From Betaproteobacteria bacterium SG8_39 (GTDB taxonomy: Bacteria > Pseudomonadota > Gammaproteobacteria > Burkholderiales > SG8-39): a stretch of 45,770 nt of DNA. Below are positions 30,881-37,803 of the stretch, piece by piece (position 1 is the stretch's first letter; each line of letters opens with the position of its first letter). Below the pieces are notes generated by a model, which was not told where the DNA came from, ran no database searches, and saw nothing but the letters and a program-made list of their open reading frames with translations. The DNA lies in the NCBI GenBank assembly GCA_001303445.1, contig LJTQ01000012.1:22554-68323 (forward strand), given 5' to 3'. A program made the position numbers and the translations under genes.

Positions 30881-31551
30881 CGTCCTCCTCCCGGTCCCCG
30901 CGGACCACCTCGCATGTGTTCGCCCAGTGCCTCGCGCTGCTCAGGCGTGAGGACTTCGTTCATCCGCTTGCGCGTCTCGAGCATCGAATCGAACATCTGC
31001 TTGTGCGCCGCGGCCATCGCATCGTAGGCCTTGCGCGCCTCTGCGTCATCCAGCTTACCCTGGCTCTCGAGTTCGGACAGCGTGTAGCGCGCCTCATGCA
31101 TCGTTCCCATGAGGGCCCAGTGCGTTTGCCGCAGACCACTCTGCATCTCGGCAATCGTTGCGCGCTGCGCATCGCTCAGGTCGAGCGCCGCGTAGCCGCC
31201 CATCATACCGGGGCCCATGCCATAGCCGCCCATCATGCCCGGGCCCATGCCATAGCCGCCCATCATGCCCGGGCCCATGCCATAGCCACCCATCATCCCC
31301 GGGCCCATCATCCCGCCGCCATATCCGGGCCCCATCTGGCCATACCCCTGCCCCATCATTCCGGGCCCCATCGGTCCATAGCCCCGGCCATAGCCCCGGC
31401 CATAGCCCGGGCCATAGCCTTGGCCGTAACCCGGTCCCATCATGCCCGGACCCATGCCGGTCCCCGGTGCCGCAGGGCCGCTCTGAGCGAGCGCGGCCGG
31501 TGCCGCCAAACCCGTGGCGATCAACGTCGCGACAAGCAGCATTCGTTTCAT
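30877..31551 (-). CDS. Spy/CpxP-family periplasmic protein with a Gly/Met/Tyr-rich repeat region
   Basis: Signal peptide, LDLSDAQ and VLTPEQ (LTxxQ) motifs, and a repeat tract of about 90 aa. Confidence 0.85.
   Translation of the reverse strand: MKRMLLVATLIATGLAAPAALAQSGPAAPGTGMGPGMMGPGYGQGYGPGYGRGYGRGYGPMGPGMMGQGYGQMGPGYGGGMMGPGMMGGYGMGPGMMGGYGMGPGMMGGYGMGPGMMGGYAALDLSDAQRATIAEMQSGLRQTHWALMGTMHEARYTLSELESQGKLDDAEARKAYDAMAAAHKQMFDSMLETRKRMNEVLTPEQREALGEHMRGGPRGPGGGR
31191..31430. repeat. In-frame tandem repeats: a 30-nt unit (GMGPGMMGGY, about 4 copies) and a 12-nt unit (GxGY)
   Basis: CATAGCCGCCCATCATGCCCGGGCCCATGC-like units at ~31191-31308; CATAGCCCCGGC-like units at ~31377-31430. Confidence 0.9.
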
Positions 31552-31649
31552 GGTCTTTTCCTTTCGCTTTGCGCAGTTGGATTGAACGTGTCAAATGGAC
31601 GACCAACGCCATTCGACACGGGTAGCAGACGGTTTTCGTCGCGCGCCGT

Positions 31650-32324
31650 TCAGCAATCGCAGTTTGCTCTCCGCGTTCGGCCAACCGCCAGGTAACTCGT
31701 TCCAAGGTGGAAACGCTGAACGATGCGGAATTCTTCCAGTCGCTCGCCAAGCATTGCCCAGGGCGCCCGTAGACCGCGGTACGTGGTCAGGTAGCATCGG
31801 CCGCGCCACAGTTTCCAGAGATTGATCGGAGTGCCCCACCACCATGGCAGCAGGCACAATCCCAGTACCGCGATGCGCGCGCCCGGTCGCGCATGCGCCA
31901 GAAGATTGTCTAGCGCGCGTGGCGACTGCAGGACATCGTGCGTGTAGCAGAGCAGCAGCGCGTCGGCCGGTGTCGCGGGATGTGCGTTCTCGACGGGAGC
32001 GACCAGAAGCTCGACGTTGCCTCGCAACTCCGCGGCCGCGAGGCGCGCTGCAGCCTGTTGCGCCATTTCGGGCGACTGCTCGATGCCGATGACCCTTCCG
32101 CGCTCTCCTACCCGCCGCAGGAGCTCGGCAAGGACGGCGCCAGTGCCGCAGCCCACGTCGATCACCGTGTTGCCGGGCCGCAAATCGAGCGCGTCGACCG
32201 CAGCGAGGCGCAGGCCTTCGATGAGTCGGCACGATTTGTCATACTTGCGCGCCAACGCCCGGTAGCGCTCGAGCGAGACGCCGCGGTCGGGCGCCTTGCG
32301 CAGATTGCCGATCAGCCGGTCCAT
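31650..32324 (-). CDS. Class I SAM-dependent methyltransferase
   Basis: Y..LARKYD, VIDVGCGTG, GIEQSPEM, RPGARI; ends NCDC. Confidence 0.85.
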   Translation of the reverse strand: MDRLIGNLRKAPDRGVSLERYRALARKYDKSCRLIEGLRLAAVDALDLRPGNTVIDVGCGTGAVLAELLRRVGERGRVIGIEQSPEMAQQAAARLAAAELRGNVELLVAPVENAHPATPADALLLCYTHDVLQSPRALDNLLAHARPGARIAVLGLCLLPWWWGTPINLWKLWRGRCYLTTYRGLRAPWAMLGERLEEFRIVQRFHLGTSYLAVGRTRRANCDC

Positions 32325-32465
32325 CGGTCGTCTTTCGTCAGTGACGCACCATGGCTAGGTCGCGCAACGGAACTCTGCCTTACTGCAGATCGCCCCGGTA
32401 CGGCTGCGCTGGAAGGCGGCGAATCCTGCTCGCCATCCCAAGCGCAGCCGCGCCTGACGGGCTGA

Positions 32466-33095
32466 TCAGCCGGCGCGTTCACCGCGCGTCAACTGATCGC
32501 GCTGCTCCTGCGTGAGGAGCGCTTCGATGCGCTGCTGCGCATCGCGCACGGTTGCGAGCATCTGCTGGTGTACTGCAGACATTGCGTCATAGGCCTCGCG
32601 CGCGGCCACGTCATCCGCCTTGCCCTCGCTTTGCAGTTCGAGCAGCTTTTGACGCGACTCGCGCATGGCGCCCATGAGCGCCCAATGCGTCTGCCGCAGT
32701 CCATCCTGGATCTCGGCGATCTTGGCGCGTTGCTCATCGCTCAGATCCAGCGCGGCATAGGCGGCGCCATGCATCATGCCGCCCATCCCACCAGGCCCGT
32801 ATCCGGGGCCCATCATGCCGGGACCCATCGGGCCAGAGCCGCGGCCCATCATTCCAGGTCCGTAGCCCTGCCCCATCATGCCGGGACCCATCGGGCCATA
32901 ACCGCGGCCCATCATTGCGGGGCCATGGCCGCGTCTCATCATCCCGGCCCCCACGCCCGGTCCCCACTGCGGCGCAGGCCGCGCAAACGTGGCGGCGTCG
33001 CCCGCCCCGACTGTTTCGTCCGTACCGCTGGCCGCCCAGGCAGACGCGACGACGAGCGCCGCAGCGACGGCTGATGCAATCAAAGTGCGTTTCAT
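32466..33095 (-). CDS. Second Spy/CpxP-family periplasmic protein with a Gly/Met-rich tract
   Basis: Signal peptide, PGMMG repeats, LDLSDEQ and LLTQEQ. Shares the GLRQTHWALMG and AYDAM blocks with 30877..31551. Confidence 0.85.
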   Translation of the reverse strand: MKRTLIASAVAAALVVASAWAASGTDETVGAGDAATFARPAPQWGPGVGAGMMRRGHGPAMMGRGYGPMGPGMMGQGYGPGMMGRGSGPMGPGMMGPGYGPGGMGGMMHGAAYAALDLSDEQRAKIAEIQDGLRQTHWALMGAMRESRQKLLELQSEGKADDVAAREAYDAMSAVHQQMLATVRDAQQRIEALLTQEQRDQLTRGERAG

Positions 33096-33227
33096 GGTGT
33101 CACTCCGTTCGATTCGAGTTCGACTGCTGTTGCGTGATGCGGTGCTCGACGCGCGTAGGCGCGCGATCCGCGAATTCTTAACGCATGATGTGCCGGCCGC
33201 CGTTGCGGCGCGGCGCAGTCGATCGGC

Positions 33228-33656
33228 TCAGCGCAGAATGCGCGTCGAGCGGACGTAGAACGGCGGGCTGCCGGGAGGAATGACCGAGGCGGTCAAGGCG
33301 TGCAGCAGCGGCATCGCGGCCGGCAACGCCGCCCGCATGGACTGCAGCAGCACGGGCGCAGAGCCCTGCCCGGTGCGCCATGGCAAGACGTCCGCTGGCT
33401 TGACGAGCGCCGAGCCCCCGATGCTTTCGCAGCAGGGTTCGTCGTGCGGTGCCTGCGCCGGCGCCTCGTGCGTTGACGCATCGTGCGCGTTGTGCGCAAG
33501 CGCATGATGCGGAACGTCGCTCTTCCCCCAGTGCGACAGCCAGACGTCGCAGGCCGGGCGCAGCGACATCAGGGCAAGGGCAACGATCGCCAGCGCAGCC
33601 CACCACCTGCGTTGCCGCGCCGTGGGCGTGATCGAGATGACCCCTGTGGCACTCAT
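33228..33656 (-). CDS. Secreted His/Cys/Pro-rich protein, DUF2946/CutF-like leader candidate
   Basis: RQRRWW plus a hydrophobic segment, PAC, His-rich linker, PCC, and a Pro-rich C-terminus IPPGSPPFYVRSTRILR. Confidence 0.65.
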   Translation of the reverse strand: MSATGVISITPTARQRRWWAALAIVALALMSLRPACDVWLSHWGKSDVPHHALAHNAHDASTHEAPAQAPHDEPCCESIGGSALVKPADVLPWRTGQGSAPVLLQSMRAALPAAMPLLHALTASVIPPGSPPFYVRSTRILR

Positions 33657-33694
33657 TTCAGGCTCTTATCCTGCGCCTGCCGGCTGTTCGCATA

Positions 33695-33708
33695 TTGACG
33701 CACGTCAA
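33695..33708. promoter_or_regulatory. Palindromic operator TTGAC-GCAC-GTCAA (CRP/FNR-like geometry)
   Basis: Seen directly (ATTGACGCACGTCAAT), about 39 nt upstream of the 33656 start. A second copy lies at 37765. Confidence 0.7.
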
Positions 33709-33778
33709 TCGACGAAGCGCTCTCATAGTTCGACCTGCCCGCCGGGCAGGAGTTCGCAAGCCCCACCCGCCCAATTTG

Positions 33779-34069
33779 TCATTTCGCCGGCTCGATTTTG
33801 GTCACCGTCATCGCCCCGCCCTTGCTTTCCACCGCGAAGCGCACCTTGTCGCCTTCCCTGACCTGGTCGAGCATCGCCGGGTCCTTGACCTGGAACACCA
33901 TCGTCATCGGCGGCATGTCGAGATGCTTGATCTCGCCGTGCTTGATGGTGAGCTTGCTGGCGTCCTTGTTGACTTTTCGAATCACGCCTTCGGTCATGTC
34001 GTCGGCCAGCGCCGGAAGCGCAGCGAACAGGATGGCCGCAAACGCGGCACGCAACATCATTCTGAGCAT
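33779..34069 (-). CDS. CusF-family periplasmic copper-binding protein
   Basis: Signal peptide, TIKHGEI..LDMPPMTMVF, GDKVRF. Confidence 0.9.
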   Translation of the reverse strand: MLRMMLRAAFAAILFAALPALADDMTEGVIRKVNKDASKLTIKHGEIKHLDMPPMTMVFQVKDPAMLDQVREGDKVRFAVESKGGAMTVTKIEPAK

Positions 34070-34137
34070 TGCAGGATCTCCTTACAGGTTGAAAAAGGAT
34101 GTGGCTCTCGCGAGCCGGTTGAAGAGTTTCGGCATCG

Positions 34138-35517
34138 TCATTTTTGCCCGCCGTGCCCATTCGGCTTGCGCGCGCGCACCACGCGCTCGCCGGGCTTCGG
34201 CCCGCGCGCAGGCGAGCGGGCAGCCCGCGGCGCCGCGCCCTTGAGCGCGTACGCCACCGTGCCGGACGGATGCCGGTACCAGCCCGGATCCTTGTAGTCG
34301 TCGCGCGCCAGGCCTTCACGCACCTTGACCACGCTGAACATGCCGCCCATCTCGATGGCGCCGAACTGCCCGGCGCCGGTCATCATCGGCAGCGTGTTGT
34401 CCGGCAGCGGCATCTCCATCTCGCCCATGTCGGCCATGCCGCGCTCGCCCATCACCATGTAATCCGGCACGAGGTCGATCACCTTCTTCACTACGCCGCG
34501 CTGGTCGACCCCGATCATGGTGGGCACGTTGTGACCCATCGCGTTCATGGTGTGGTGCGACTTGTGGCAGTGGATCGCCCAGTCGCCCGGCTCGCTGGCG
34601 ACGAACTCGAAGGCGCGCATCTGCCCGATCGCGACGTCGACCGTGACCTCCGGCCAGCGTGCGGCCTCGCGCACCCAGCCGCCGTCGGTGCAGGTGACCT
34701 CGAAGTCGTAGCCGTGCATGTGGATCGGGTGGTTGGTCATGGTGAGGTTGCCGAAGCGGATCCGCACCCGGTCGTCCTTGCGCACGACGAAGTGATCGAT
34801 GCCGGGAAACACGCGCGAGTTCCAGCACCACAGGTTGAAGTCGAGCATGGTGTTGACCTTCGGCGTGAAGGCGCCCGGGTCGATGTCGAATGCGTTCAGC
34901 AGGAACACGAAATCGCGGTCGACGCGCATGAACTGCGGGTCTTTTGGATGCACCACGAAGAACCCCATCATGCCCATCGCCATCTGCACCATCTCGTCTG
35001 CGTGCGGGTGATACATGAAAGTGCCGGACTTCTTCATCTCGAACTCGTAGACGAAGGTCTGGCCGGGCTTGATGTGCGGCTGGGTGAGACCGCCAACGCC
35101 GTCCATGCCGCTCGGCAGCAGGATGCCGTGCCAGTGAATCGTGGTGTGCTCGGGCAGCTTGTTGGTGACGAAGATCCGCACCCTGTCGCCCTCGACGCAC
35201 TCGATCGTCGGTCCCGGCGACTGGCCGTTGTAGCCCCAGAGGTGCGCGGTCATCCCGGGCGCGATCTGGCGGCGCACCGGCTCGGCGACGAGGTGGAACT
35301 CCTTCCAGCCGTTTTTCATGCGCCAGGGCAGCGTCCAGCCGTTCAGCGTCGCCACCGGCTGGTAGGGTCGGCCGTTCGACGGCTCGAGCGGCGGCGCCAT
35401 GTCGGGTTTGTCCCTGAGTGGCGCCTCGGGCAACGAGGCGGCCTGGACGCGCGAGACGAGCGCGGCACCGAACAGGCCGGCGGCCGAAGCGCGGAAAAAG
35501 TTTCTGCGTGAATTCAT
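34138..35517 (-). CDS. Tat-exported multicopper oxidase (two-cupredoxin-domain type with a Met-rich C-terminal extension)
   Basis: SRRNFF Tat motif; HWHG, MYHPH, HPIHMHG and HCHKSHHTMNAM; tail MGERGMADMGEMEM. Confidence 0.92.
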   Translation of the reverse strand: MNSRRNFFRASAAGLFGAALVSRVQAASLPEAPLRDKPDMAPPLEPSNGRPYQPVATLNGWTLPWRMKNGWKEFHLVAEPVRRQIAPGMTAHLWGYNGQSPGPTIECVEGDRVRIFVTNKLPEHTTIHWHGILLPSGMDGVGGLTQPHIKPGQTFVYEFEMKKSGTFMYHPHADEMVQMAMGMMGFFVVHPKDPQFMRVDRDFVFLLNAFDIDPGAFTPKVNTMLDFNLWCWNSRVFPGIDHFVVRKDDRVRIRFGNLTMTNHPIHMHGYDFEVTCTDGGWVREAARWPEVTVDVAIGQMRAFEFVASEPGDWAIHCHKSHHTMNAMGHNVPTMIGVDQRGVVKKVIDLVPDYMVMGERGMADMGEMEMPLPDNTLPMMTGAGQFGAIEMGGMFSVVKVREGLARDDYKDPGWYRHPSGTVAYALKGAAPRAARSPARGPKPGERVVRARKPNGHGGQK

Positions 35518-35531
35518 CGTCCGCTCCCCGT

Positions 35532-36944
35532 TCAATGCTCGGCGCCGGATCCGGCACCGGCCATCGCCGCCGCGGATGCCCGCATCGCCATGCCGCCGGG
35601 TGAGCGCCCGGTGAGCGCCATCTGCAGGGTCCCGTCGGCAATCCAGAAATCGCGTAACGCCTCGATCGCGGCGTTGACGCTCGCGATCGTGGTGCGCGCG
35701 TCCGCCAGCAGCTCGAACACGCCGATCAGCATGCCGTTGTAGCGCAGCAGGTTTTCCTCCGAGATGCGCTTGCGCAGCGGCACGATCTCGTCGCGGAAAA
35801 GCTTCGCGCTGTCGTAGGCGCTGCGGTACGCGGTCCAGGCCTCGCGCACCTCGGAGCGCGCGTGGATCGCGATCTGCCGCGCGCGCTGCACGGACTGCAT
35901 GTAGCGGTGCTGCGCGCCGGCCAGGCGCGCATCGCCGGTGTCGAAGACCGGCAGCTTGAGCTCGACCTCCCAGCCCTTTTTCACCGGCTCGGCCGACTCC
36001 GTCGTGTACTGGTAGCCGACCTCCAGCACGTTGACGAAGCGCGTGGCGTCGGTCAGGCCCAGCGTGGCGGCAAGGCTCTCCGCGTCGTGCTTTGCCGCGC
36101 GCACGTCGAGCCGCTCCCGCATCGCCGTCGCTTCGAGCTGGCCGAGCGCGCGCGGCGCCTTCGGCAGTGCGGGCAGACGCTCGGGCAGGCTGAACAGCGT
36201 CTGCGCGCCCCACAGGCCGAGTACGCGCGTCAGGTTCTCGCGCGCGGCGACTGCGGTCTGCCGCGCGCGCGCCAGCTGTGCCGTGGTTTCGGCGTAGAAG
36301 GCCTGCTCGCGCATGCGCTGCAGCTTCGAAAAGTTGCCGGCTCCGGCCATGCGCGCGGCGAGCTCTGCGCTCGCATCCGCCGAGCGCATCACCATCTCGA
36401 AGTAGCGTTCGCTTTCCTTCGCCGCGACCGCCTCGAACCAGCCGCGGCGCGCTTCCAGCGCGACACGCAGCGCCTCGGCGGCAGCAAGCAGCTTGGCCTG
36501 CTCGAAACGCTGCTCGGCGATCTCGACGCGCGAGGACATCGTGATGAGCGACATCAGGTTGAACAGGAAGAAGCGCTCGATCTCGAGACCGTCGCCGCGC
36601 ACCAGGCGCGCATAGGCGAAGCTCGGATTGGCGAGCCGGCCGGCTTGCACCAGATCGGCCTCGGCGATGCCGAGCTCGGCGTAGGCCGCCTGCAGGCCGC
36701 GGTTGTTGAGCAGCGCGATGCGCACCGCCTGTTCCGGGCCGATCGGCGCGGCGAGCAGCGTGTTGACCTCCGCCGCAACGCTCGTTGCGGTCTTGTCGTC
36801 GCGCACCCAGGTGGCGTCCTGGCCGGTGCGCGCCCTGACGGCCGCGTTCACGCTGTCAAAGCCGCCGTCCTTGGAGAACGTGGAGCAGCCGCCGAGGAAC
36901 AGCGCTGCGAGCGCGGCCGCGCACAAACGCGAACGCGCGCTCAT
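35532..36944 (-). CDS. TolC/outer-membrane-factor lipoprotein of copper operons
   Basis: LGGC lipobox, AVRIALLNNRGLQA, LPVFD, LLRYNGMLIGVFELL. Confidence 0.88.
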   Translation of the reverse strand: MSARSRLCAAALAALFLGGCSTFSKDGGFDSVNAAVRARTGQDATWVRDDKTATSVAAEVNTLLAAPIGPEQAVRIALLNNRGLQAAYAELGIAEADLVQAGRLANPSFAYARLVRGDGLEIERFFLFNLMSLITMSSRVEIAEQRFEQAKLLAAAEALRVALEARRGWFEAVAAKESERYFEMVMRSADASAELAARMAGAGNFSKLQRMREQAFYAETTAQLARARQTAVAARENLTRVLGLWGAQTLFSLPERLPALPKAPRALGQLEATAMRERLDVRAAKHDAESLAATLGLTDATRFVNVLEVGYQYTTESAEPVKKGWEVELKLPVFDTGDARLAGAQHRYMQSVQRARQIAIHARSEVREAWTAYRSAYDSAKLFRDEIVPLRKRISEENLLRYNGMLIGVFELLADARTTIASVNAAIEALRDFWIADGTLQMALTGRSPGGMAMRASAAAMAGAGSGAEH

Positions 36945-37246
36945 CGCTCCCCTCCCACCATCGGGCGCGGGGCTTTCGGCCCTGCATGCTGCGGTGCCTG
37001 CGCGCGCCCTCTCACCTGCCCCATGTGGCCGCCGAGCGCGCCGGCTTCATCGTTCGCCTCGCGCCAGTCCCGCAGCCTGGTTTCCTCGTAGGGCTGGTAG
37101 CCCTCGAGCGCGGACTGGTACTTCGTCTCCGGCACCGGCGCCTTCGGATCCGCCGGATCCGCGGCCGCCGGCCGCTGGTTCTCGGCGAGGACGGCGGTCC
37201 ACGCCAGCAGCTGCACCGCCAACGCGGCGCGCAACCATCGATGCAT
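36941..37246 (-). CDS. Small exported protein (YQSAL..Y..WREAN..G motif) preceding TolC
   Basis: Signal peptide MHRWLRAALAVQLLAW; AGGGG RBS; ATGA overlap with the TolC gene. Confidence 0.7.
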   Translation of the reverse strand: MHRWLRAALAVQLLAWTAVLAENQRPAAADPADPKAPVPETKYQSALEGYQPYEETRLRDWREANDEAGALGGHMGQVRGRAQAPQHAGPKAPRPMVGGER

Positions 37247-37331
37247 CGTAGTTTCCCCTGCCATGCGCCCGCATGCAGCGGACGCGGTCGAACACCGGGC
37301 GCGCGCGATCAAGCGCGCGACCCGACCCGGG

Positions 37332-37739
37332 TCAGGCGAGGGGCGTCAGCGGAGGTCGGTCGAGCGCTTCGGGGACGAAGCCGACGAACGAGGACAACGC
37401 CTGCGCGACGACGTCGCGCTCAGGCGAAACGGGAAACGGGAACGGCGACGCGGCGACGATGCCGGCGACGACCCCGCAGGAGGCGCAGGCTGCGCAGTGC
37501 GCGCTAGACGGATCCTGTGCCTCACCTGCGTCATCGCCGAGTGTCGCATTGGCACTGCCATGCGCGTCGTGGTCATGTGCCTGCGCAGACGCCGTCGCGG
37601 GCATGTGCCCGTGCCCGCCATCGTGTTGCGAATGCTGCAGGTCGCGGCAGATGCCGGCGCCCAGCGCGGCGAATCCCTGCAGCGGAACCGCCGCAATGAG
37701 GATCGCTGCCAGCAGGACGCGAATGAATTTCTTCGGCAT
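37332..37739 (-). CDS. Secreted Cys/His/Pro-rich protein, DUF2946/CutF/CopL-like leader candidate
   Basis: Signal peptide ending PLQGFAA, His-rich linker, HCAACASC, C-terminal PEALDRPPLTPLA. Confidence 0.75.
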   Translation of the reverse strand: MPKKFIRVLLAAILIAAVPLQGFAALGAGICRDLQHSQHDGGHGHMPATASAQAHDHDAHGSANATLGDDAGEAQDPSSAHCAACASCGVVAGIVAASPFPFPVSPERDVVAQALSSFVGFVPEALDRPPLTPLA

Positions 37740-37747
37740 GGGCGCGG

Positions 37748-37778
37748 ATTATAGCCAGCAAGCTTTGACGCGCGTCAA
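37748..37778 (-). promoter_or_regulatory. Promoter with palindrome TTGAC-GCGC-GTCAA and a perfect -10
   Basis: Palindrome at 37765-37778. On the minus strand TTGACG (37778-37773) is followed by a 19-nt spacer and TATAAT (37753-37748); the ATG at 37739 is 8 nt further on. Confidence 0.72.
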
Positions 37779-37803
37779 CGAATTTTGTTCCTGTCGGCTG
37801 AGA

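Noticed and set aside
31191-31430. CRISPR array suggested by ~30-nt repeats
   Set aside because: The units are head-to-tail without spacers and in frame within a protein, and no cas genes are present.
31582-31594. Third copy of the palindrome (TTGAACGTGTCAA) upstream of the first Spy gene
   Set aside because: The spacing is one base shorter and one half-site deviates, so it is too weak to call.
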